Assembly (NCBI GenBank): GCA_963717145.1
Contig: OY970325.1
Span: forward strand, 4,864,001 to 4,928,000
Reading direction: 5' to 3'
DNA: 64,000 nucleotides
DNA from: an uncultured Armatimonadetes bacterium
GTDB lineage: Bacteria > Armatimonadota > UBA5829 > DTJY01
This document shows, piece by piece, positions 45,406 through 54,765 of the stretch. The notes under the pieces are model-generated. The model worked only from the letters and a program-made list of their open reading frames with translations, was not told the origin of the DNA and made no database searches. Within the stretch, counting starts at the first letter, position 1. Each line of letters opens with the position of its first letter. The translations under genes were made by a program, and so were the position numbers.

Positions 45406-47799
45406 GGCATCGAGAACGAATACACAGGGGGCGGTGCCATCATGGCGAAGAATATCACAAGTGGCAATGCCGAAGAGGGGGCGCAGGATACTCAGGTCCT
45501 CCTCAGGTACATTGTGCATGATCTCATCAATATCAACGCCTTTGTCCACAAAGTCAGCGAAATTGGAGAACGCACCCTGTATTGCCGCTCCAGGCACGTA
45601 GAATACTGTCTGGAGTTTCTGGTCGATTGCAGGGTATACCGCCGTTGACTTTCCGAAACCAAACTCCCCCAGGAGAACTGTGATTCGTCTTCTCTTGTCA
45701 CCAAAGAGCACGGATGCAGGATCAGCTACGAAGGAATCGCCAATCTCAATCCTCTCAAGCTTATTGGGACCAACGACTACCAGGCATTCGCGCAATGGAA
45801 CCTCGGAGATCGGTTCGTATCCTGGAAAGGCCTCGATACCTGGCCTTTTGCCGGGAGACGAAGCCTGTTCCTGCAGGAATGCCTTTACCTGTTGCTTGGC
45901 GGTCTCAAATATGGTCCGCGGTATGATATCACGATACCACACCTCAGCAGTCTCAGCTTTTCCAGACTCCATGAGCTGACTCATCAGGCGGACGAGCTCG
46001 TCACGAATGTCCGCGCTATGTACATTCCGATTCAGTACAAGGACGTACCTCCTGGCCCGGAAGGGGCTCTTCATGAAGGAGTTGACAGACTTCCTGCAGT
46101 TGGCGACCTGTCTGATGCCTACCTCCTGGTCTGTCACTTTGAAGCCCTTGCACTGTATGACCAGAGGGAACGGCTGACTATCCGACCAGGATATGTAGTC
46201 AACTCCAGAGTTATCCAGGGGTGGAACTCCTCAGAGTGGGTAGAGCACGTCTCAGGCAGCCCTTGCCGCGTGCTCAATCCGAGCCAGTTCGCCACTCAGG
46301 AGGGCGGTTCTCACCGCGAGCACTGCATCTGCCCCATCCTTTGTCCACCGCATCCCGGCTTGCTTTAGCCTCTGGCTCACTATCACCTTGCACGCTGATT
46401 CCACCGGACCGCTGCCTATCATCATCCCCTTGGCCCTGTATGCCGGGTAGTTCATGTACTTCCGGTACTTCCTGAAGTCCCATCTCCAGCCGAAGTGCTT
46501 CTTGTTCCTCTTTGCCCCGAGCCTTGCGCCGCTTCATGGCTCTGAGTAGACTCCCAGGTCCCTTCTCCTTGAGCTTCCGGCAGTGCTCATTTGCCCAGCG
46601 CTTCCCTTTGGGACTTCCCTCTCCATAGAGCGCCCGCGCCAAGTTGTGTATGTGCTCGCAGGCATGCCAGTAGTCGATGATCTTGATGCTCTCCGGCAGA
46701 TGATCCCTGACCTCTCTCCATATCCAATCTGCTCCGTCAGCGATGACTATCCGCTCTTTTGCAGTACCGTAGCCGGCTTGCATTGCCCAGGTGTATACCC
46801 GTCTCCCGAACTCTTCGCTCTTCTCTTGTGCCGCTATGTAGCGCGAGTTCGTGACTGTGTCCGTGTCTTTGCCTGCAGCCGGAACGCCTTCGTATACCAC
46901 CATAGCCTTGATGTCATGCCACTGGCCATCGGTGTGCGCTTTGGCCGCGTCTATGCCAATGTAGAGCCTCTGTGGCGTCGCCTCGCAGGAGACCTCTTCA
47001 CCTGTGTCTACCGCAGAGATGATCGCTTCCTGCTCCTCTCGGCGGAGGCATTCCCCAACATCCCGGACTATCTCTTCTTCGCTGCTCTCTTCGATCGCAA
47101 TACCCGTGGTTCGCTCGATCAGCCTTGCGGCTGCTTCATATGGAAGCGCGGCGCAGATCGAGGCCGTGAGTTCTTTCACGCTGGCGGTCCATACTCTCTC
47201 GGACAGCCCCTGCTCGCGGTCCCATGGAATGTAACCCTGCCCGCAGTGGTCGCAGCGGTAATATGCCCGGCTTACCTCTGCATCTCCGTGCAACGTCCGC
47301 ACAAAGCGCTTTCGGTATCCCTTGAACCTGGCCAGTCTGCCGCATTCGCACTCTATCCGAACGCCTCTGTAGGTGGGCTTTCCGCTCATCTTTCCGGCAA
47401 CCTCACTCATCATTGCGCCGGCGATCTGGCGCGCCAGGATCTGAATACGCTCCTCGGCTGACCCCAAGTCCGCGCAATCGATGTAGCTGCGGGCAAAGTC
47501 GCGAGCGGCCTCAAGGAGGGAGTCTGTGTGCAAAAGTGTAAGCCTTCTCTGGGAGTCTCCTTTCGGAATGTTTGTCCTTCAACAAACCGTTACCGACTAT
47601 TACAGGAGACTCCTTCCTTACTTGCTACCCACTCAACGCGAATGCACCCGTTATCCAGAGTAGCTAGATCGGTGCACTCAACGATTCCAGGAAAGGCCAA
47701 GCGTAGGTAAGGTCCGACACCTCGCTGGAAATGATGTCCCTCAAGAGAACTCAAAACATTTCCGATCTGTATGATCTGAGCTTTTGCCTGCCAAGTCAT
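45402..47799 (-). pseudogene. Mrr-like restriction endonuclease fused to a NACHT/STAND-like NTPase; split by ISKra4 and truncated by IS1182
   Basis: Removing ISKra4 and one TSD copy gives ..LSSLEGHHFQ..LATLDNSGVDY..VIQCKG..; Walker A LLGEFGFGKST; ends at Walker B VFVLDAL. Confidence 0.75.
46219..47649 (-). mobile_element. ISKra4-family element copy 1 with 9-bp TSD; transposase frameshifted near 46478
   Basis: GTTATCCAG at 46210-46218 and 47650-47658; ends GGGTG..GAGTGGGTAG; IADGADWIW, IDYWHA; the GSGPVESACK tail is in another frame. Confidence 0.92.
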
Positions 47800-48365
47800 A
47801 GTGGTGTCATCACGGAATCCGTCGTCCCATGCTCGCGAATCAGGTGAACCGTTGGGTGTACAGTAGGGATTGTCAAGGTTATCCAACAGCACATCTGATC
47901 GGCTTCACCTTGCTTCTAGTATCCGGTCACTCAACTCCTCAATCCCACGTACATTCCGCCCTCGGACGCTTTGTTCCTGCAGCAATAAGAGTCACGAACT
48001 CATCCGGGGCTGACCTAAGCTCTGCCATAATCGAAGGCACGGTGTATATGTTGGGATCCGGTCGAAGAATACCAACCCCGAATGCTTCCGTGCGCAGAAT
48101 ACCGGGGCTCAGAGAAGACGCAGAAGGAAAGCCAGAAAGCAAGGACAAGAGCCAGGTGATGACCGGATCGCAGTCGTCATTGGGGGGTATTACTCGCCCA
48201 CAGAGGCCACCGCATTGATGTAAGTGATCTCTTCTCCCCGAGCGTTGAGCACGATCTGCTCGTCTTACGGCTGGTGACGGCAAACCGACTGTCTCAGCAG
48301 AGAACAGACGATAGAGTCTCTGCTGCGGGCCGTCCCAGAGCACCGGAGGGCAGACATCGGTGGGG

Positions 48366-48495
48366 GGCTTGGTGCTGTCCCAGCACGATGCCGATCAGTT
48401 CTTCTCTTGACAGGCAGCCGAGATCGTCACAACCGATCATTCGACAGCCGATCCTGGGGTACCTCCTCAGATCATCAATGATCGTGAGCTCTTGC
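48366..48495 (-). pseudogene. Degenerate left-end fragment of the IS66-like element
   Basis: Reverse complement GCAAGAGCTCACGATCATTGAT..TCAAGAGAAGAACTGATCGGCATCGT matches 49885-50015. Confidence 0.8.
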
Positions 48496-48778
48496 AGCGA
48501 CAAATCAGGGCTGACCTGTCTAATGTGGTAGTGTGTCTTGATACTACTTGAAATTGGAGTATAGTAATGCTAATTATTACAGCGTGAAGGCTGGCCACTG
48601 CATAGCACTATAGCCATCATGCCTGATTCGGGTCTTTTTGGGTGAAACTACCTTTGACACGGAGTTATCCGCCACCGGCAGGATCATGTCCGGCTTCGCT
48701 CGTCAGCGTAAGCCCGACTCGATCGGAAAAAAACGGCCTGCGCTTTTCGGAGGAAACTATGGTACAATACATCGTTAC

Positions 48779-49291
48779 ATGAAGCGGCTGCGGATAGGGA
48801 TAGATGATGGGTCAAAGCCAATGATTGAAAGGATGGCAGACATCTTGGCAGGAGTACGAGAGATCGCACAGAGTGATCTAGTGGAGATTGCGGAATTTGA
48901 GAAGGATATCTCGTTGATCTCCTTTGGCCATGAAGCGGTCACCGACCTCGATTTCCATATGCGCAAGCTGGAGACGGCCATGGCGAAGGAGCACGCAGGA
49001 ATGCTGGTGCTTGACCACGATGGGGAGATCTGCGGATGGCTCTGGATGACCGCAAAGCGGAATTCCGTCACAAACGAGAAGTATGTCAATTTCAGGAGTT
49101 TCTATATCAAAGAAGCCTACCGGGGCACGGAATACACGAAGGTCTTGTTCGATGCAGGCATGGCCTTCAGCAGAAATACCGGCGCAAAGCGCATTGTCGG
49201 CAAAGTACATGCAAGCAACCTGCCGATGCGCGTCCTGTACAAATCTTATCAATTCGAACCGACGCATATCACCATGGAGTATACGTTTTGA
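48779..49291 (+). CDS. GNAT family N-acetyltransferase
   Basis: GEICGWLW, FYIKEAYRG, VHASNLPM..LYKSYQF; start uncertain. Confidence 0.8.
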   Translation: MKRLRIGIDDGSKPMIERMADILAGVREIAQSDLVEIAEFEKDISLISFGHEAVTDLDFHMRKLETAMAKEHAGMLVLDHDGEICGWLWMTAKRNSVTNEKYVNFRSFYIKEAYRGTEYTKVLFDAGMAFSRNTGAKRIVGKVHASNLPMRVLYKSYQFEPTHITMEYTF

Positions 49292-49394
49292 ATGTCTAGA
49301 TCTGCGAAGCCCCACCCAGTACCTGTCAGACTCAGGGAACTCCCCTCTGAATCAGCGTACACGCAACGTACCCAGTCTTGGATGGAGCGAGCGC

Positions 49395-49638
49395 GGTATG
49401 GTGGGGGATAATGGTCTTGGCATACAATCTGCATGCGGCCAAGATACACCTGGCGCTGCCGAAGGTGCTTGTAAAGAAGCGGGTCAAGGCGGTTCGGTTT
49501 GCGTTGATAGACGCATCCGGTCGGATAGTGGAGCACGGACGGCAGCTATACGTGAGGCTTGCGAAGGGTCATTCCGCGCTCATCTGGCTTCTGGAGATAC
49601 GCCGCAAGGTAGGGATGCTGACTCCCTGCGAAACATAG
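49395..49638 (+). pseudogene. C-terminal relic of an IS1380-like transposase
   Basis: AVWW.IMVLAYNL..KRVKAVRFALI...GRIVEHGRQL.VRL resembles IS1380 C-termini; no N-terminal part present. Confidence 0.6.
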
Positions 49639-49884
49639 GCGAAGGCTGGCAGACTAACCAAAGCCATCGGATGCGCCCGAAGAGAGGGTGCGGGGAGTAG
49701 TCATGCCTCAACCAGCCGGGAAAGCAACATCCGACCAGCCCGAGGCTCTGCTGCATGCACATCGGACGGCTGAAGACATAACGATCCGGCATTGACGGCC
49801 ATGATCATCGCAAAAAACGAGTTCATGCCGGCCCAAATGACACAGCGCCCGGATCTGGTGGAGGATCAGGGGCCTTGCGGCGAC

Positions 49885-51361
49885 GTAAGAGTTCACGATC
49901 ATTGATAGTCTGAGCAGGAACCTTGGAGCGGACTGTCGAATGGCAGGTTGTGAACGATCTCGGCAACCTATCAAGAGAAGAACTGATCGGCATCGTCCTG
50001 GAGCAGCACCAGGCCGTCCTGGAATTGCGTGAAGGCGTGGACACCCTCACCGAACGCGTCCGAGCGCTTGAGAAGGAGAATGAAGAACTCCGGTCCAAGC
50101 TCGGTGGCGGCGGCAGGACGATACCTGCCTTTGTGAAGGCAAACCGGCCCGAGCGCAAGAAGAAGGATCGCAAGAAGCGGCAGAAGTCGTTTGCACGGCT
50201 GAGGGAGACTCCGACTGAGATCGTGGATCACGCGCTCGACACCTGTCCCGACTGCGGAAGGAAGCTCTCGGGCGGCACGGTGCATCACAGCCGGCAGGTG
50301 ATCGAGATACCGGTGATGCCGGTCAGGATCATCGAGCACCTGGTGATCGGACGGTACTGCGGAGTCTGCCACAAGATACACGTGCCGAAGCTCGACCTCT
50401 CCGAAGAGGTGGTCGGGACACACCGGGTGGGCATCCGGCTGATGAGCCTGGTGAGCTATCTCCACACTGTGTGCAGAATGCCGGTTGAGCGTGTGCAGAA
50501 GCTTCTGGAGTCGCTCTACGGTCTGCATCTCGGGCTCGGAGAGATCGCGAAGATACTCCAGAAGGTGGCCTCCATGGGCAAGCCGGAGGTAGAGAAACTT
50601 CTGCAAGCAGTCAGAGGAAGCCCTACGGTGAACGCGGATGAGACCGGCTGGCGGGAAGATGGGAAGAACGGATACATCTGGAGCTTCACGACGCCACGCG
50701 TGCGCTACTTCGTCCGAAACAAGAGTCGGAGCGGCCAGGTCGCAAAAGACGTGCTGGGAGAGGACTACGAGGGTGTAGTCGTAAGCGACTTCTACTGCGG
50801 CTACAACGTGCTGCTCGGTTGGCATCAGCGGTGTTGGGTGCACTACCTGCGGGACTTGCGAACGCTCGTCGAGGCGAACCCTGACAAGAGAGGGGTAGCA
50901 GTCTGGGCCGGCAAGGTCAAGGCCGTTTACAGGCGCGCGAAGGCATTTTCGGGCGATGATTCGAAGGCCCGGCAGAAGCGGCGAATCGCATTCGAGGACG
51001 AGTTGCTTCGACTCGCCAGACCATATGTGAAGCGGGATGTTCCGCAGAGGATACTCGCTGAGCGGATCGAGAGATTCCTGCCGGAGCTGTTTGTCTTCGT
51101 AGAATGTCCGGAAGTACCAAGCGAGAACAATGCGGCCGAGCGAGCGATCCGGCCTGCGGTAACAGCTCGCAAGATCAGCGGCGGCACACGATCGGCCAAG
51201 GGATCTGAGACCCGCATGGCGCTGATGAGTCTATTCGGAACCTGGCACTTGCGTGGTGAAGATGCGATGGAGTCATGTTGGCGAATGCTCGCGGGCGTTC
51301 CTCAGACACTCGCGACCGATCCAGCCTGACAACTTCACTATCAACGATCGTGAACTCTTAT
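49885..51361 (+). mobile_element. IS66-family element (single-ORF type)
   Basis: GTAAGAGTTCACGATCATTGATAGT vs ACTATCAACGATCGTGAACTCTTAT inverted ends; no TSD seen. Confidence 0.88.
49923..51329 (+). CDS. IS66 family transposase
   Basis: Coiled coil, CPDCG..CGVC, NADETGW, VSDFY, QRCWVH..RD, ENNAAERAIRP; start uncertain. Confidence 0.93.
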   Translation: MERTVEWQVVNDLGNLSREELIGIVLEQHQAVLELREGVDTLTERVRALEKENEELRSKLGGGGRTIPAFVKANRPERKKKDRKKRQKSFARLRETPTEIVDHALDTCPDCGRKLSGGTVHHSRQVIEIPVMPVRIIEHLVIGRYCGVCHKIHVPKLDLSEEVVGTHRVGIRLMSLVSYLHTVCRMPVERVQKLLESLYGLHLGLGEIAKILQKVASMGKPEVEKLLQAVRGSPTVNADETGWREDGKNGYIWSFTTPRVRYFVRNKSRSGQVAKDVLGEDYEGVVVSDFYCGYNVLLGWHQRCWVHYLRDLRTLVEANPDKRGVAVWAGKVKAVYRRAKAFSGDDSKARQKRRIAFEDELLRLARPYVKRDVPQRILAERIERFLPELFVFVECPEVPSENNAAERAIRPAVTARKISGGTRSAKGSETRMALMSLFGTWHLRGEDAMESCWRMLAGVPQTLATDPA

Positions 51362-51369
51362 TCATCTGA

Positions 51370-52802
51370 GGGTGCATTCGCGTTGAGTGGGTAGCAAGTA
51401 AGGAAGGAGTCTCCTGTAATAGTCGGTAATGGTTTGTTGAAGGACAAACATTCCGAAAGGAGACTCCCAGAGAATGCTTACACTTTTGCACACAGACTCC
51501 CTCCTTCAGGCCGCTCGCGACTTTGCGCGCAGCTACATCGATTGCACGGACTTAGGGTCAGCCGAGGAGCGTATTCAGATCCTGGCGCGTCAGATTGCCG
51601 GCGCAATGATGAGTGAGGTTGCCGCCAAGATGAGCGGAAAGCCCACCTACAAGGGTGTTGGGATAGAATGCGAATGCGGCAGACTGGCCAGGTTCAAGGG
51701 ATACCGGAAACGCTTCATTCGGACTTTGCACGGAGACATAGAGGTCGAGAGGTCATACTACCGTTGCGACCATTGCAGGCGGGGCTACATTCCATGGGAC
51801 CGCGAGCAGGGGCTGTCCGAGAGAGTATGGACCGCCAGAGTGAAGGAACTCACCGCCTCGATCTGCGCCGCGCTTCCATATGAAGCAGCCGCAAGGCTGA
51901 TCGAGCGAACCACGGGTATTGCGATCGAAGAGAGCAGCGAAGAAGAGATAGTCCGGGATGTTGGGGAATGCCTCCGCCGAGAGGAGCAGGAAGCGATCAT
52001 CTCTGTGGTAGACACAGGTGAAGAGGTCTCCTGCGAGGCGACGCCACAGAGGCTCTACATTGGCATAGACGCGGCCAAAGCGCACACCGATGGCCAGTGG
52101 CATGACATCAAGACCATGGTGGTATACGAAGGCGTTCCGGCTGCAGGCAAAGACACGGATACCGTCACCAACTCGCGCTACATAGCGGCGCAAGAGACGA
52201 GCGACGAGTTCGGGAGACGGGTATACACCAGAGCACTGCAAGCCGGCTATGACGGGGCAAAAGAGCGTATAGTGATCGCCGACGGCGCAGACTGGATATG
52301 GAGAGAGGTCAGGAATCATCTGCCGGAGAGCATCAAGATCATCGACTACTGGCATGCCTGTGAGCACATATACGGCTTGGCGCGGACACTCTACGGAGAG
52401 GGGAATCCCAAAGGGAAGCGCTGGGCAAACGAACACTGCCGGAAGCTTAAAGAGAAGGGGCCGGGGAGTCTGCTTAGAGCCATGAAGCGGCGCAGAGCAC
52501 GAAACGATTCTGAGAGGGAAGCGCTTCGGATCGAGACAGGCTACTTCAGAAAGTACCGCAAGTACATGAACTACCCGGCATACAGGGCCAAGGGGATGAT
52601 GATAGGCAGCGGTCCGGTGGAAGCGGCGTGCAAGGTGATAGTAGGCCAGAGGTTAAAGCAAGCCGGGATGCGATGGACGAAGGACGGCGCAGATGCAGTG
52701 CTCGCGGTGAGAACTGCCCTCCTAAGCGGCGAACTGGCTCGGATCGAGCACGCAGCACGTGCCGCCTGAGCCGTGCTCTACCCACTCTGAGGAATTCCAC
52801 CC
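51370..52802 (+). mobile_element. ISKra4-family element copy 2
   Basis: GGGTGCATTCGCGTTGAGTGGGTAG ... CTACCCACTCTGAGGAATTCCACCC; same ends as copy 1; no TSD. Confidence 0.92.
51474..52769 (+). CDS. ISKra4 family transposase (intact)
   Basis: CECG..RSYYRCDHC, YIGID, IADGADWIW, IDYWHACEH, IGSGPVEAACK, RLKQAGMRW. Confidence 0.93.
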   Translation: MLTLLHTDSLLQAARDFARSYIDCTDLGSAEERIQILARQIAGAMMSEVAAKMSGKPTYKGVGIECECGRLARFKGYRKRFIRTLHGDIEVERSYYRCDHCRRGYIPWDREQGLSERVWTARVKELTASICAALPYEAAARLIERTTGIAIEESSEEEIVRDVGECLRREEQEAIISVVDTGEEVSCEATPQRLYIGIDAAKAHTDGQWHDIKTMVVYEGVPAAGKDTDTVTNSRYIAAQETSDEFGRRVYTRALQAGYDGAKERIVIADGADWIWREVRNHLPESIKIIDYWHACEHIYGLARTLYGEGNPKGKRWANEHCRKLKEKGPGSLLRAMKRRRARNDSEREALRIETGYFRKYRKYMNYPAYRAKGMMIGSGPVEAACKVIVGQRLKQAGMRWTKDGADAVLAVRTALLSGELARIEHAARAA

Positions 52803-53011
52803 GGCTCCAACATATGGCTTGACCTGTTACCACTTCAGGTGTTATGATAATGCATTCTCGCACCAATGACGTCCTGCAGTCTGCCATTGGCGCGTCCATC
52901 GCCGCATGCAGCCTCACCACCAAACCGCTCGTGTGGCGAAGGCCTGCTGCAGGGTATTCTTGGTTCTCTAATGCTTACAAGTAAGTGCTAACTTATGGGA
53001 GCGATCTCAAT

Positions 53012-53278
53012 ATGCGGCATCGATTACTGCATGCCATTCGACAGGTTGTCGATCCATATCAACAGCCAACCGTCACCTTGGATGACAAGTTTGACCAGCT
53101 GGGCCTCAATTCTGTGACATTGGTCAGATTGATCGTCTTGGTCGAAAAGGAGTTCGATATCATATTCCGAGACGAAGATCTGCAGATGATTGATTTTGAG
53201 TCTGGAAGAAGTCTCCTGGAGTATATTGAGAAGGAAAGGGCTGCGACGAATAACCGTAAGAATAGGCCCATGAAGTAG
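53012..53278 (+). CDS. Acyl/peptidyl carrier protein
   Basis: LGLNSVTLVRLIVLVEKEFDI.F.DEDL. Confidence 0.82.
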   Translation: MRHRLLHAIRQVVDPYQQPTVTLDDKFDQLGLNSVTLVRLIVLVEKEFDIIFRDEDLQMIDFESGRSLLEYIEKERAATNNRKNRPMK

Positions 53279-53301
53279 CGGGGCAGAGGAAGGTAGCTAT
53301 C

Positions 53302-54417
53302 GTGACGAGTGGATCTACTCTGGAAGGCTATACCAGCAGGCGGGGAGAGATCTGTTTTCTCGCCTCCATGGCCGATATGTTGTCGTACCTGGGAAGCCCA
53401 GTTACTGAGGATATTCTCTTTGCGATGGGGGTCGGGCTGGACTTCCGTTTTGGTCTAATCATCGGCGAGAAGATGCCCCGTTCCCGGCAACGACAGCGCT
53501 TGAAGGTCTGTTGTGTCGATACCATGGCAAACCTGTGCGATTGGGTGCACATTTGTCGCACCTATGGCGTTAATCTGGCACAGCGCGAGTTCTCGGCATT
53601 GCAGGAAATGCAAGATTGCTGTCGTGAGGAATTACGCATGGCTCGACCCGTGCTCATCTCAGTCGATATCTACTACCTTGGTTACCACCCCAGTGTGAGC
53701 AAGGTGCATGCCGGCCATACGGTCGTGTTGTGTGGGATGGATTTGGCTGCCGGGACGGCATGGATCGCCGATAACCATACCGCAACGTTGGCATCAAACA
53801 CGTTTGCTGGAACGATCCCAATCTCCGACTTAATGAAGGCGATCGATCTTCGGAAGACGGATTCCTCCCTGACTGCCATATGCTGGACGATGCATCCTGT
53901 TGCAGACGCCAGGCCTTTCCTGATTTCAGAAGTTCCTATGCAACTTCAGCGCTCGGGCGCTGCCATTCTTGCTGGCGGCAAAGATGGCCGACTTTACCGT
54001 GGTGGAGATGCATTCCGCCAACTGGCCGAGTATCTGAATGACCTGGCCGTGGCAGTGCCCACACAAGCGTGGTCGGAAAAACTCCGTGGGTTGCATATGT
54101 CGATCACGGGACTCGGGGGCCCAGTTCCCACCCGCAGCCTGTTCGCGCGGTTCTTGGGTAGAATGTATGCGGAGAAAGCCATTTGCCTTAAGCCTGGTCT
54201 CGATGAATCATATGCACGGATAAGCCAGGAATGGCGCATATTGTCGACGCTGTTACTGAAAGCGGCCTCAACCGATGAATCGGAGTGCGTACGACGTGCT
54301 GCCGGACGTCTGGCAGCGGTTACTGAAGAAGAGGAGCGATTGGCAAGAATGCTCTGCGAGGTGTCGGTGGATCTGAGAGACGATCACATCGCTGCAACCT
54401 TGGCATGCCCTGATTAA
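53302..54417 (+). CDS. BtrH-like protein (papain-fold aminoacyl transferase/hydrolase)
   Basis: N-terminal Cys (EICF), EDILFAMG.GL.F, PVLISVDIYYLGYH, HAGHTVVLCG.D. Confidence 0.75.
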   Translation: MTSGSTLEGYTSRRGEICFLASMADMLSYLGSPVTEDILFAMGVGLDFRFGLIIGEKMPRSRQRQRLKVCCVDTMANLCDWVHICRTYGVNLAQREFSALQEMQDCCREELRMARPVLISVDIYYLGYHPSVSKVHAGHTVVLCGMDLAAGTAWIADNHTATLASNTFAGTIPISDLMKAIDLRKTDSSLTAICWTMHPVADARPFLISEVPMQLQRSGAAILAGGKDGRLYRGGDAFRQLAEYLNDLAVAVPTQAWSEKLRGLHMSITGLGGPVPTRSLFARFLGRMYAEKAICLKPGLDESYARISQEWRILSTLLLKAASTDESECVRRAAGRLAAVTEEEERLARMLCEVSVDLRDDHIAATLACPD

Positions 54418-54438
54418 GACAAGAGGTGGACACAAACC

Positions 54439-54717
54439 ATGAATTACAACGAAAAGATTGCTGCCGTCGAAGACACAATTGCCAACATCTTCACGGAATT
54501 TCTGCGCCTATCCGAGCGGGAAGATGCCAGTCAGGTACCTCATCTTGATACATACAGCCTGAACTCCATAGACGCGCTTGAGGTGCTGCTGCGCGTCGAG
54601 AAGGAATTCGGCATCGAGATTGCAGATGAGGATCTCAATGCCGATCTACTTACGAATCAGCATAGCCTGGCAGCCTACGTTGTTCGCTGCCTGGCCGAAA
54701 CACAACGCAACGAGTAG
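54439..54717 (+). CDS. Acyl/peptidyl carrier protein
   Basis: SLNSIDALEVLLRVEKEFGIEIADEDL; GAGGTGG RBS. Confidence 0.85.
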   Translation: MNYNEKIAAVEDTIANIFTEFLRLSEREDASQVPHLDTYSLNSIDALEVLLRVEKEFGIEIADEDLNADLLTNQHSLAAYVVRCLAETQRNE

Positions 54718-54765
54718 CTCCGGTATGCTGGAATCTGCTGATGGTATTCCAGCGGGGAATGCACG

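Noticed and set aside
47829-48343. Short ORFs between the nuclease-NACHT start and the IS66 relic
   Set aside because: They overlap each other, have no motifs and no convincing RBS.
46219-52802. Composite transposon bounded by the two ISKra4 copies
   Set aside because: Copy 1 has its own 9-bp TSD, the outer flanks do not match, and the copies are diverged.
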